From NCBI GenBank assembly GCA_963721805.1, contig CAVRJY010000001.1, positions 960,001-1,024,000 on the forward strand: a stretch of 64,000 nucleotides of DNA, given 5' to 3'. The position numbers and the translations under genes are program-made. The DNA comes from Nitrospirota bacterium. Lineage in GTDB: Bacteria; Nitrospirota; Thermodesulfovibrionia; Thermodesulfovibrionales; JdFR-86. The notes beneath the pieces are model-generated. The model was not told the DNA's origin. It saw only the letters and a list, made by a program, of their open reading frames with translations, and ran no database searches. This document shows positions 29,333 through 39,725 of this stretch, piece by piece (the stretch's first letter is position 1; every line of letters starts with the position of its first letter).

Positions 29333-30364
29333 ATGGCAAAGGCAATCGCATTACTCTCAGGAGGGCTTGACAGCACGCTTGCGGTGCTCGTCCTTCGCAA
29401 GCAGGGCATCGAGGTCACCGGAGTGACCTTCATGACGCATTTCGGCTGCGACGCTCGCGACGGCTCGTCGTGCTCTTCGGACTCGAGCTCCAACGCCGCG
29501 CGCTGGGGCTTCGAGGTCAAGATGTCGCACCTTGCGGACAAGTTCATCGAGATCGTAAAGCACCCGAAGTTCGGGCACGGCAAGAATATGAACCCCTGCA
29601 TCGACTGCCGCATACTGATGCTGCGCGAGGCCAAATTGCTGATGCAGATGACCGGCGCGGACTTCATCAGCACGGGCGAGGTCCTGGGGCAGAGGCCGAT
29701 GAGCCAGCGGCACGATACCTTCCCTGTGATGGACCGCGAGGCCGACGTTGTGGGGCTGGTGCTGAGGCCTCTTAGCGCGAAGCTGCTTAAGCCCACGAAG
29801 GCGGAGCTGGACGGGCTCGTAAACCGCGAGCTGCTGCTGGATATAAGCGGCAGATCGAGAAAGCCCCAGATGGCGCTCGCGGCCGAGTTCGGGCTGACGG
29901 AATACCCGGCACCGGCCGGTGGCTGCCTGCTCACGGACCCGTGCTATTCGCACAGGCTCCGCGAGGCGCTCGGCTTTAAGCCAGACATTACCGCGCACGA
30001 TTTAAACCTGCTCAGGGTGGGGCGGCACTTCCGCCTGCCAAGCGGGGCGAAGGTGATAGTCGGGCGAAACGAGTCCGAGAACGACCAGATCGAGCTGCTC
30101 GCCTCGGAGGGCGACTCGCTGATGTTCGTGGAGTCCGCCGGAAGCCCGCTAGTGATGGTCGAGGCCGGCGCGCTGGACGGCGATATCGTCACGGCGGCCG
30201 CGCTCTGCGCACGGTACTCGGACGCGAAGACGCAGCCCGTGGTCGAGGTGACGATCAGGCAGGGCTCGGTGCAGCGCACTATGGACGTGACACCAGCGGG
30301 CGAGGATATCGTGGGCAGCCTGATGGTCCAGGACTTGCGCGGGAAGAAGGCAGTTACTAGGTAA
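29333..30364 (+). CDS. PP-loop tRNA thiolase-like protein (ThiI/MnmA-related) with DUF814-like C-terminus
   Basis: LSGGLDS, NPCIDC, TGEVLGQRPMSQ, PAGGCLLTD, GRHFR. Confidence 0.8.
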   Translation: MAKAIALLSGGLDSTLAVLVLRKQGIEVTGVTFMTHFGCDARDGSSCSSDSSSNAARWGFEVKMSHLADKFIEIVKHPKFGHGKNMNPCIDCRILMLREAKLLMQMTGADFISTGEVLGQRPMSQRHDTFPVMDREADVVGLVLRPLSAKLLKPTKAELDGLVNRELLLDISGRSRKPQMALAAEFGLTEYPAPAGGCLLTDPCYSHRLREALGFKPDITAHDLNLLRVGRHFRLPSGAKVIVGRNESENDQIELLASEGDSLMFVESAGSPLVMVEAGALDGDIVTAAALCARYSDAKTQPVVEVTIRQGSVQRTMDVTPAGEDIVGSLMVQDLRGKKAVTR

Positions 30365-30839
30365 GCTCCTCGATCTCGACCCGCATCGTCGCGGTATCGA
30401 GCAGGGCTACAGTTGATTTCCCTTTATGCAGCCGCGCGGCCTTGCCGGGGTTAAGGACCAGCGTCGAGCCCAGCGTTCGGAGGTCAGGCCTGTGCGTATG
30501 GCCGTAGACCACGAGGTCATACATCCCGCTTCGGGCCAGAGCCTCGACCGAGGCCGGCTCGTGCACCACCGCGATGCGCCTGCCCTCGATCTCGACCACG
30601 AGCGGCTGGACGTGCATCTTGCCGCCGGACTTCTCCTTCAGCAGGACGCGGTCGCCGTCGTTGTTGCCGAATACCCCGGAGAAGGGGCATTTGAGGTCCC
30701 CGAGCACCTCGAACGTAAACGGCGAGATGACGTCCCCGGCATGGAGCACGAGCCCCGCGCCGCGGCCGTTGAACAGTTCGACCGCCTGTTTAATCCGCTG
30801 CATATCGTCGTGCGAGTCCGAGATTATTCCGATCAGCAT
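30357..30839 (-). CDS. Metallophosphoesterase (YfcE-like)
   Basis: SDSH, HAGD, GNND, GHTH, NPG. Confidence 0.9.
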   Translation of the reverse strand: MLIGIISDSHDDMQRIKQAVELFNGRGAGLVLHAGDVISPFTFEVLGDLKCPFSGVFGNNDGDRVLLKEKSGGKMHVQPLVVEIEGRRIAVVHEPASVEALARSGMYDLVVYGHTHRPDLRTLGSTLVLNPGKAARLHKGKSTVALLDTATMRVEIEELT

Positions 30840-30962
30840 ATATGGGCGGCCTCCATGGGTTTTAATATATCATATCCATCAGGGCCTGTCCGCTTGCTTT
30901 ATCGCAGGCCTATATGGTAAAAATTAGCTTCCGTTTATTACGCTTAAGGAGGAGAGAACGCA

Positions 30963-31256
30963 TTGCCAGCAGCAGCGCCTAAAAGGAAACCTTCAGTATT
31001 AAAGAGGGCTCGGCAGGCCGAGGCCCTAGAGCTTCATAACAAGACCATCCGCACCAAGGTAAAAACCTACGTCAAGAAGGTCGCCGATGCGATAGCGGCC
31101 AAGGACGCGGCAGCGGTCCAGACGGCCCTCGTCGAGGCCACCAGGACCATCAGCTCGGCAGCGTCCAAGGGCGTGCTCCACAAGGCCACCGCATCGAGGA
31201 AGATCTCCCGCCTCGCGCTCAGGGCGAACGCCGCCCTCAAGCCGACAAAAGCTTAA
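30963..31256 (+). CDS. rpsT: 30S ribosomal protein S20
   Basis: KRARQ, KGVLHKATASRKISRL; AGGAGG RBS, TTG start. Confidence 0.95.
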   Translation: MPAAAPKRKPSVLKRARQAEALELHNKTIRTKVKTYVKKVADAIAAKDAAAVQTALVEATRTISSAASKGVLHKATASRKISRLALRANAALKPTKA

Positions 31257-32139
31257 CTACGAGGAGCTCCAGGGGGTATGCCCCTCCGGAGCTCCTTATC
31301 AGTTTGTCCGCCTCGCACAACAGGGTATAGACCTTCCGCTTTCTCTTAGGCGTCATGTCCTGCCTGCCGTAATACCAGTTAAGCGCCCCAAGGACAGCTA
31401 TCGGCTCGTCGGTCTGCGTAAGCTTCCTGCAGATCTTGATCGCCTGCGCGAGGTTCTTTTGCGAGAGGGCGTCCGTGAGGTTAAAGGCGTTATAGTCGCC
31501 CGCCCCGCGCACCATCGCGGCGACGTCGGCGCGCCCTACAGTTGGCTTACCCAGCAGCGATAGCTTCTCGACCTCCGAGGCTAGCAGCCCCAGATCATGG
31601 CCAACAAATTCAACCAACAGCGCGGCCTCGGCCAGCGCTATCGCGACCCCTTTGGACTTCGCGCGCGCGATGACCCACGACGGGAACTCGGACTCGCGGA
31701 GCCGCAGCTCGATGAGCTTCGCCCCGGCGTATGCATCGGTGAGTTTCTTGACCTTCGAGCTGCGCTCTGCCGCCCGCTCGCTTTTTATGTGGAACGTCAG
31801 CACGAGGAGCGAATCGGGCGAGGGCTTCTTCAGGTATGCGCCGATGGCCTTCTGGGCGTCGACCTTGAGCTTCTGCGTGTTTTTGATAATCACGGTCTTG
31901 CGGCCGCCCATGAACGAGACGGTGTTGAGCACGTCCACGAGCTGCTCGACCGGGGGCAGCGGGTCGGGGGATTCGATGTCATACTCGTAGTAGTTGAAAT
32001 CCGCCATCGCCTCGTCCGGCAGCGCGGCCCTGATCTCCGAGAGCGCCTCGTTAAGCAGGAACGGGTCGTCGGCATACAGCATGTAAGACGGCCCGCGCAG
32101 GCCCTTGGATAGCTCGTCCCGGAGGGCCTTGGAGCTCAC
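31237..32139 (-). CDS. holA: DNA polymerase III delta subunit
   Basis: DFNY, SFMGGRK, EVEKLSL; leuS-lptE-holA synteny. Confidence 0.85.
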   Translation of the reverse strand: MSSKALRDELSKGLRGPSYMLYADDPFLLNEALSEIRAALPDEAMADFNYYEYDIESPDPLPPVEQLVDVLNTVSFMGGRKTVIIKNTQKLKVDAQKAIGAYLKKPSPDSLLVLTFHIKSERAAERSSKVKKLTDAYAGAKLIELRLRESEFPSWVIARAKSKGVAIALAEAALLVEFVGHDLGLLASEVEKLSLLGKPTVGRADVAAMVRGAGDYNAFNLTDALSQKNLAQAIKICRKLTQTDEPIAVLGALNWYYGRQDMTPKRKRKVYTLLCEADKLIRSSGGAYPLELLVVKLLSA

Positions 32140-32624
32140 TTCGAGCCTTCCTCCACGAGCGAGAACGCGATGCTGTCGGCCAGGTCGTCGAGCGCCTTCG
32201 ATACGGCCTCGTCCTTGTTGGCGATGACTTCCTGCATCGAGCCCTTGCTCACGAAGTCGATGATGAACTCGCTGTTATGCTTAAGCGCGTGCACCTCGCC
32301 GGACGGTACGCGTATGCTAAACGTGACCGAGATCACGACCTTATAGCTTATCGCGAGGTTGTGCTTCTCCGCATCGGTCTTGAGCGATATCTTCTCTATC
32401 GTGCCGGTGAGTTCATAGGGAGCGTCCTCCCTGATCCTGATGCCGCGCTTGACGAGCGCGTGCGTGAGGGCCTCGGTCAGGCGGTCGTCGAGCTTGGGCT
32501 CCATGGTCTTGTTGGTGAGCTTGCCGAGCCTCACGCTCTCCATCGGCCGCAGGAGCGTATAGCCGCAGCCGGCAAGCAGGAAGATGGCGCAGAGCGCCGC
32601 TGTAAGCAGCCCGCGCCCTCTCAT
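32136..32624 (-). CDS. lptE: LPS assembly lipoprotein LptE-like
   Basis: Lipobox LAGCGY; located between leuS and holA. Confidence 0.75.
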   Translation of the reverse strand: MRGRGLLTAALCAIFLLAGCGYTLLRPMESVRLGKLTNKTMEPKLDDRLTEALTHALVKRGIRIREDAPYELTGTIEKISLKTDAEKHNLAISYKVVISVTFSIRVPSGEVHALKHNSEFIIDFVSKGSMQEVIANKDEAVSKALDDLADSIAFSLVEEGSK

Positions 32625-35131
32625 AGCACTATGTTGATGAGCCTGCCCTTGACCACGAAAACCTTCTTGATGGGTTTTCCGGCCGCAAGCTCCATTATCT
32701 TCGGGTCGTTCAACGCAAGCTCCTTTATCTCGTCGTCATTAAGCCCGGCCGGGGCGTCGAGCTTCGATCGCACCTTGCCGTTTACCTGCACCACCAGCTC
32801 TATGCGGTCCTCGCGGGCCGCGTCCTCGTCCCATTCCGGCCAACTCTCAATAGTGGCCGCGTATCCAAGCGCCTCCCAGAGTTCTTCTGCGATATGGGGG
32901 GCAAACGGGCTCAGCATCAGCACCATGTTTTTGGCCGCGAACCTAAGCGAGCGCCAGTCCGCCTCCGATGCCGGGTTCAGCGCCCCGGCCTCGTTTAAGA
33001 GCTCCATGAGCGCGGCGATAGCCGTGTTGAAATGGAAATCTCGCTCGATGTCCTGCGTGACGCTCCGTATCGTCTGGTGCGTCTTGCGCACGAGCGGGGT
33101 GACGGCATCGCAGCCCTCCCGGGCGTTCTTGAGGCCGTCGAGGTTGCGGTGTATGAATTTCCAGACGCGGCTTAAAAACCTGTACGAGCCGTCCACCCCG
33201 CTCTCGGTCCACTCCAAGTCGCGCTCGGGAGGGGCGGCGAACAGCGAAAAGACGCGCGCGGTATCAGCCCCGTAGCGTTTGATCGCATGGTCCGGGTCCA
33301 CGACGTTGCGCTTGGACTTCGACATCTTCTCTACGCGCCCGACGGTCACGTCCGAGGCGCAGCGTGAGCACTTGCCGCCCTTCGCCTCGTCCGGGAAGAG
33401 CCAGCCGTGCTCAGGGCACTTGTACGACTCCTTGCAGACCATCCCCTGCGTAAGCAGGTTCTTAAACGGCTCGGAGTGCGTTATCAGCCCGAGGTCGCGC
33501 ATCACGCGCGTGAAGAAGCGCGAATAAAGAAGATGCAGCACGGCGTGCTCGACCCCGCCTACGTACTGGTCGACCGGCATCCAGTAGGCGGCCTCGTGCT
33601 TGAAGGCGTCACCCGTGAGATCGACCTCGCCGTTTGGGTGGCAGTATCGCAGGAAATACCACGACGAGTCAACGAACGTATCCATGGTGTCGGTCTCGCG
33701 CCGTGCAGGGCCGCCGCATTTGGGGCAGCTCGTCTGGACGAAGGCCGGGGACTCCGCAAGCGGAGAGGATCCGGTGCCCGTGAGTTTTACGTCGGTCGGC
33801 AGGCGCACCGGCAGATCGGCCTCCGGCACCGGTACGGTGCCGCATTTGTCGCAGTATATGACCGGTATCGGAGTGCCCCAGTAGCGCTGGCGCGAGACGC
33901 CCCAGTCGCGGAGCTTGAAGTTCACGGTGCGCTTGCCCAAACCCTTGGCCTCGATCATCCCGGCTATCGCAACGCGGGCCTCGGCGCTTGTCATGCCGCT
34001 GAACTCGCCCGAGTCCGCGAGCAGGCCGTCGTCCCCATACGCGCTGTCTTTGGGCGGCTCGCCCTCTTTGGGCCGGATCACGGCCTTCACCGCGATGCCG
34101 TACTCCTTTGCGAACTCGTAGTCCCGCTGGTCGTGGGCCGGGACGGACATTATCGCCCCTGTGCCGTACTCCATGAGCACGAAGTTCGCGACGTAGATCG
34201 CGACGCGGTCGCCGTTTACGGGGTTGATCGCGTAATGTCCGGTAAATAGCCCGATCTTCTGCTCGACGTCGCCGTACTTCGCGCGGACCTTATCGAGCGC
34301 GGATCTATCGTTGACCAGCCTTTCGGCCATAGGGTGCGTCGGGGCGATGCACATGAACGTGACGCCGAAGAGAGTATCGGCCCGCGTGGTGAAGATGCGG
34401 ATTTTTTGATCGCTGCCCTCGATAGCGAAGTCGGCCTCGAGTCCCTCGCTACGGCCGATCCAGTTGCGCTGCATCGTCACGACGCTCTCGGGCCAGCCGC
34501 CGAGTTCACTGCCGCATGCGGCGAGAAGCTCGTCGGCGTATTGAGTAATTCTCAGGAACCACTGCTCGAGCTGCTTTTGTATGACCGCGCTGTCGCACCT
34601 CCAGCACGCGCCGTCTATTACCTGCTCGTTGGCGAGCACCGTGGCGCACGAGGGGCACCAGTTGACCGATGAGTTCTTCTTGTAGGCCAGGCCGCGCTCG
34701 TACATGCGCAGGAAGAACCACTGGTTCCAGCGGTAGTACGCCGGGTCGCAGGTCGCGACCTCGCGGCCCCAGTCGTAGCTCAGGCCGAGGCGCCGAAGCT
34801 GGACCTTCATGTTGGCGATGTTTTCGTATGTCCATTTGGCGGGCGGGATGCCCTCCTTGATCGCGGCGTTCTCGGCCGGGAGGCCGAAGGCGTCCCAGCC
34901 CATCGGGTGCAGGACGCTGAATCCCCTCATGCGCTTGTACCGCGCGATGACGTCTCCGATGGCGTAGTTGCGCACGTGGCCCATATGTATCTTCCCCGAC
35001 GGGTAGGGGAACATCTCAAGGCAATAGAACTTGGGCATCGAGGAGTCCGGCACGACCTTGTAGGGGTCCGCCGCGGCCCACCGGGCCTGCCATTTAAGCT
35101 CGATCAGCTCAGGGTTGTAGGTTTCTTCCAT
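32621..35131 (-). CDS. leuS: Leucine--tRNA ligase
   Basis: [28 protein letters not shown]; true start MEETYNP at 35131 (the ORF track over-extends upstream). Confidence 0.97.
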   Translation of the reverse strand: MEETYNPELIELKWQARWAAADPYKVVPDSSMPKFYCLEMFPYPSGKIHMGHVRNYAIGDVIARYKRMRGFSVLHPMGWDAFGLPAENAAIKEGIPPAKWTYENIANMKVQLRRLGLSYDWGREVATCDPAYYRWNQWFFLRMYERGLAYKKNSSVNWCPSCATVLANEQVIDGACWRCDSAVIQKQLEQWFLRITQYADELLAACGSELGGWPESVVTMQRNWIGRSEGLEADFAIEGSDQKIRIFTTRADTLFGVTFMCIAPTHPMAERLVNDRSALDKVRAKYGDVEQKIGLFTGHYAINPVNGDRVAIYVANFVLMEYGTGAIMSVPAHDQRDYEFAKEYGIAVKAVIRPKEGEPPKDSAYGDDGLLADSGEFSGMTSAEARVAIAGMIEAKGLGKRTVNFKLRDWGVSRQRYWGTPIPVIYCDKCGTVPVPEADLPVRLPTDVKLTGTGSSPLAESPAFVQTSCPKCGGPARRETDTMDTFVDSSWYFLRYCHPNGEVDLTGDAFKHEAAYWMPVDQYVGGVEHAVLHLLYSRFFTRVMRDLGLITHSEPFKNLLTQGMVCKESYKCPEHGWLFPDEAKGGKCSRCASDVTVGRVEKMSKSKRNVVDPDHAIKRYGADTARVFSLFAAPPERDLEWTESGVDGSYRFLSRVWKFIHRNLDGLKNAREGCDAVTPLVRKTHQTIRSVTQDIERDFHFNTAIAALMELLNEAGALNPASEADWRSLRFAAKNMVLMLSPFAPHIAEELWEALGYAATIESWPEWDEDAAREDRIELVVQVNGKVRSKLDAPAGLNDDEIKELALNDPKIMELAAGKPIKKVFVVKGRLINIVL

Positions 35132-35251
35132 ATCGTCCTTCCGAAAGAGAATACCGGTATTATATATCCTCGGCCCCCGCAAGAGACAACCGTCACGGCC
35201 ACACCTGGCATTAGGTTGATTTATCGGTATATAAGATAGATAATATACCAG

Positions 35252-36938
35252 ATGAAAGACCGCCGATGTTTCGGCCGCTACGAGCAGGCCAGCGAACTCA
35301 CGTTCATGTATGGGGGGCAGTCGTTCCGCGCGACGATGATCGACTACTCCCTCAGCGGGATCGCGGCCAAACTCGAAGGCCACCCACAGTTCAAGCAGGG
35401 CGACATCCTGAATTTCTCGACCGTCCAAGACAGCGAGATCGACCTCGGCAAGGTGGCTTGGGTCAGGCCGGATAACGGCTCGCAGCGCATCGGGCTCAGC
35501 AAGGTCGGGATGCTGCGCGGCACGCTGAGGCAGTACGCCCTCTCTGACGTCCTGATCGGCGCGCACCGGGCGATGAAGACCGGGCACCTCTATCTGATCG
35601 ACGGCGAGGCTGTCAGAACGCTTACGTACAAGGGCGGAGACATAATCTTCGCGACCTCCAACCATCCCTCCGAGGGTTTTCTGGATTTGCTCGTCCTCGA
35701 CGAGGTCATCACGCCCGAGCAGTTCAGGCAGGCGGCCGATGAGTCCAGGAAGGCGGGGACGTTTATAGGCCCCACGCTGGTGAAGATGGGATTTATGGAG
35801 CACGAGAGGTTCGACCAGGCCAAGAGGCGGTATGTGGCCGACCTGGTGATGGCCATGTTCGGGCTCTACGACGCCGAGTTCATTTTCAGGGACCTGCCGG
35901 ACGTCGAGACCGAAGACAGCGAGGACATACTGCTCTCGCCCTCCGCGCTGAGCTTCAACGGGATAAAGCAGCTCGACGAGGTAGAGCACCTTCTGTGGCT
36001 CATGCCAAAGCTCGATTCGGTGATCGCGCTCTCGGAGGACCCGCTGGACCTCTATCAGGCGATCATGTACGACTCAGGCGACAGGGCCTTCCTGGAGCTC
36101 GTGGACTCCAGTCGCACGCTCTCGGAGATCCTGGCCGCCTTAAAGCCCGTGGGCTCTGAGGCCGTGAGGACCGCGCTCGCGCTGCTTTCGACGCATATCA
36201 TCGAGGCCAGGGAGCCGGGCTTCACGCCGCGGCACAAGGTGCAAGTCGACGACGTCGTCATGCTGGCCGATATGCCCGATCCCGAGGGCTTCGTCGAGGA
36301 GATAGACTTCCTCTTTGCGCACCACGAGGACATCGGGTATTACGGAGTGCTCGGGTCTCAAGCGCGAGAACGCCACGGTCACCGAGATCGACAAGTCCTA
36401 CCATAAGAAATCGAGGATCTTCCACCCAGACAGGCACTACGGACTGCCGGAGCACACGAGGGAGAAGCTCAACGCGATATTCGAGTACATAAAGACCGCG
36501 TACAAGGTCCTGAGCAACCCGACGCTCAGGGCGCAGTACGACAGCAACCCCATAAGCATGCCGGTCGAGAAAAACAGGTTAAACCTCGCCAGGCAAAAGA
36601 GCGCCGAGGGCCGCGCCGAGTTCAACGCCGCCCGCTACCTAAGCGCGGCCAAGCTCTTCGAGGAGGCCTCGCTCCTCAACAGCTCCGTGCCTGATTACGT
36701 CTATAACGCCGCAATCTCGTATTTCAAGTGCGACCGCCTGCGCGACGCCGAGATGGCCATCAAGCGCGCGATGAAGGTCGCGCCGACCAACACGACATAC
36801 ATGACCGAGGCCGGGTTCATCTACCTCGCCCTGAACCTGCCGCTTCGCGCGAAGGTGAATTTCGAGAAGGTCCTGAGCCTCGAACCTGGCAGCAAGCGCG
36901 CGGTCGAGGGGCTGGCGCTCGCCGGCAAGAAAAAATAA
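35252..36938 (+). CDS. Multidomain J-domain protein (PilZ-like, DUF4388-like, DnaJ, TPR); apparent +1 frameshift near 36355
   Basis: YYGVLG|LKR...FHPDR...[12 protein letters not shown]-domain split over two frames; TPR-like C-terminus. Confidence 0.8.
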
Positions 36939-36951
36939 CAGGGGTTCCCCT

Positions 36952-39573
36952 TTGGAATTGGTCACGTCCCACCTAAACGCGGATTTCGACGCCTTCTCCT
37001 CCATGGTCGCGGCCTCCAGGCTCTACCCCGGATGCCTCATCGCGCTTCCGGGCGCGATGGAGAAGCGCCTCCGGGACTTCACGGCCGCATTCGGGGAGTT
37101 CGGCCTCGTGAGGCTCAAAGACATAGAGCTCGCAGCGGTCACGAGGGTCATCATAGTCGATACGAAATCCTCGGACCGGATCGGGCAGTTCGCTGCCTTA
37201 GTCGATAAAGAGGGCATGACCGTGCACATCTATGACCACCACGAACACGGGGACTCCGACCTGCACGGCGAGGTCGAGGTGATCGAGAAGGTCGGGGCGA
37301 CAGCGACGATATTCACCGAGATGCTGAAGGAGCGCGGCGTGAGGCCCGAGCCGATAGAGGCCACGCTCCTGATGACCGGGATATACGAAGAGACCGGGAG
37401 CTTGTCCTTCCCCTCGACGACAGAGCGCGACCTGCTTGCGGCGGCCCAGCTCCTTAAGTGGGGCGCGAGCCTGAAGGTCGTCGCGGAGTTCCTGCGGGCC
37501 GAACTCACGGCCGAGGAGGTCGACCTTTTAAGCGAGCTCGGCCATTCGGCCAGCACGATATACGCAGGCGGGCTGAAGGTCATCACCGCGAGGGCGTCGC
37601 GCGACGGATATATGGGCGACGCCGCACAGTTCGCCGGGAAGCTTTTGGAGATGGAGGCAGCTGACGCCTCATTCGTGATACTGCGCATGGAGGGCAGGGT
37701 GCTCGTGGTCGGCAGGTCGCGCGCACCTGAGCTGAGCGCCTCGGACGTGCTCGCTGAGATAGGCGGGGGCGGCCACCCGTCAGCCGCCTCGGCCACGGTG
37801 GACGACCAGCCGCTTGAGCTGATAGAGGAGACGATCGCCGGATTAGTCCGCGCGCACGTCAGGGCGGGCAAGACCGCATCGGACGTCATGACCAAGCCGG
37901 TCATCACGGTCGAGGCCCCGACGCTCATGCGCGAGGCCCAGACGATGCTCACGAAATTCGGCGTAAACGTGCTGCCCGTCGTAGAGGGCGGCAGGTTTCT
38001 GGGCCTGCTGGCGCGCGAGATAGTAGAGAAGGCGATCATGCACGGGTTCAGGAAAAGCGCCGTCCGCGAGTTTGCGGACAGCGACGTGATAAGCGCGGCG
38101 CCCGAGACCCCGCTTAGGGAGATCGAGTCCTCGATGGTCGAAAAGAACCGGCGGTTCGTCCCGGTGCTCGAGGGCGAGGCCATAGTTGGCGCAATCACGC
38201 GCACGGACTTGCTGCGCGTCATGTACGAGGATTACCTCAGGCGCAGCGGCATAGCAGGCGAGGAGGGCGCGGACGCCCACGAGCACCCCAGGAGGAGCAC
38301 CGCCGCGCTGCTTCAAAACCGCTACCCGCGCGAGATCTTCGAGGCCTTCAAGCTCGCCGGAGAAGTCGGCCGGTCGCTCGGCATGGACGTCTACCTCGTA
38401 GGCGGCTCGGTGCGCGACATGATGCGCGGCCGCGAGAACCTCGACATCGACCTGGTGGTCGAGGGCGACGGCATAGAGTTCAGCCGCGCGATGACAGAGC
38501 GGCTGGGCGGGCGCATGAAATCGCACGAGAGGTTCAGGACCGCGAAGATAATCGCGGGCAAGCTGAGGCTAGACGTCGCGACCGCGCGCACCGAGTATTA
38601 TGAGTCCCCGGCCGCGCTGCCGCGCGTCGAGATGTCCTCGATCAAGAAGGACCTCTACAGGCGCGACTTCACGGTCAACACGCTCGCTGTAAAGCTCTCG
38701 GACCCGGAGTTCGGGCGGCTGGTCGATTATTTCGGCGGGATGCGGGACCTCAAGGACAAGACGATCCGCGTGCTGCACAACCTGAGCCTCGTCGAGGACC
38801 CCACGCGCGCCTTCAGGGCCGTGAGGTTCGCCGAGCGCTTCGGCTTCAAGATATCGCGCCATACCGAGGAGCTCATCCGCTCGGCCCTGAGGCTCGAGAT
38901 ATTCACGAGGCTCTCGGGCAGCCGCCTCTACGAAGAACTGATGCTAGTATTCGGGGAGCCGGAGCCGGTTGACGTCATCGCACGGCTCGACCACTACGGC
39001 CTGCTCGGTGTGATACATCCCGCGCTGAAGTTCGACGAGCGGATGCACGCGGCCCTGACCGCGGTGCACGATACGCTCTCGTGGTTTGACCTCTCGTTTA
39101 CCGGAGAGAAGGTCAACCGCAACCTGCTGTACCTGATGGGGCTCCTGGGCGGGCTGCCCTCGGACGATGAGCGCGAGGCCGCGCTCCGGCGGCTCTCGGC
39201 ACCCAAGCGCGTCGGGGAGCGGCTGATGCGCGACATCGCGGCCAGCCGCGAGACCTCGCGCCGCATGCCGCTTGTGGACCCGGCGCTCATCCGCCGGACG
39301 CTCTCGGAGCAGTGCACCGAGTGCGTGCTGTACGTCATGGCCCTCACGGAGGACCAGGCGGTGAAGATGGAGGTCTCGAATTACCTGCTGCGGCTCAGGC
39401 GCGAAAAGCCGATGCTCAGGGGCTCGGACTTGAAGGCGCTCGGGATCGAGCCCGGCCCGGTATACTCCGACCTGCTCGATGCGGTACTGGCAGAGCGGCT
39501 GCGCGGCAATATAGAGACGCGCGAGGATGAGCTGAATTTCATCCGCACTCGCATCGGGACAGCCAGAGGATGA
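36952..39573 (+). CDS. DHH-CBS-fused class II tRNA nucleotidyltransferase (A-adding or CCA-adding)
   Basis: H.NADFDA, YDHH, GGGH, CBS pair, VGGSVRD..DID, RRDFT.N, EDPTR..RAVRF. Confidence 0.9.
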   Translation: MELVTSHLNADFDAFSSMVAASRLYPGCLIALPGAMEKRLRDFTAAFGEFGLVRLKDIELAAVTRVIIVDTKSSDRIGQFAALVDKEGMTVHIYDHHEHGDSDLHGEVEVIEKVGATATIFTEMLKERGVRPEPIEATLLMTGIYEETGSLSFPSTTERDLLAAAQLLKWGASLKVVAEFLRAELTAEEVDLLSELGHSASTIYAGGLKVITARASRDGYMGDAAQFAGKLLEMEAADASFVILRMEGRVLVVGRSRAPELSASDVLAEIGGGGHPSAASATVDDQPLELIEETIAGLVRAHVRAGKTASDVMTKPVITVEAPTLMREAQTMLTKFGVNVLPVVEGGRFLGLLAREIVEKAIMHGFRKSAVREFADSDVISAAPETPLREIESSMVEKNRRFVPVLEGEAIVGAITRTDLLRVMYEDYLRRSGIAGEEGADAHEHPRRSTAALLQNRYPREIFEAFKLAGEVGRSLGMDVYLVGGSVRDMMRGRENLDIDLVVEGDGIEFSRAMTERLGGRMKSHERFRTAKIIAGKLRLDVATARTEYYESPAALPRVEMSSIKKDLYRRDFTVNTLAVKLSDPEFGRLVDYFGGMRDLKDKTIRVLHNLSLVEDPTRAFRAVRFAERFGFKISRHTEELIRSALRLEIFTRLSGSRLYEELMLVFGEPEPVDVIARLDHYGLLGVIHPALKFDERMHAALTAVHDTLSWFDLSFTGEKVNRNLLYLMGLLGGLPSDDEREAALRRLSAPKRVGERLMRDIAASRETSRRMPLVDPALIRRTLSEQCTECVLYVMALTEDQAVKMEVSNYLLRLRREKPMLRGSDLKALGIEPGPVYSDLLDAVLAERLRGNIETREDELNFIRTRIGTARG

Positions 39574-39624
39574 ATAAAAAGGGGTCACCTCCCGGCCCCC
39601 TCTGAAACGTGCAGCCTACCGAAA

Positions 39625-39709
39625 AACGTATACGCTTTTTTTGCCACGGTCATGGTTTCAGAAAATAGATATTTGAAATCAGTGACAGTTAAAGTGGCAT
39701 CCATCTTGC
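39625..39709 (+). promoter_or_regulatory. Sigma54 promoter (-24/-12) with upstream AACGTATACG box
   Basis: TGGCATCCATCTTGC at 39695-39709 (GG-N10-GC); box at 39625. Confidence 0.75.
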
Positions 39710-39725
39710 TAACCTCGGATGTTGC

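Noticed and set aside
35132..35989. N-terminally extended LeuRS (1122 aa)
   Set aside because: The extension is antisense shadow of the plus-strand J-domain gene; leuS starts at 35131.
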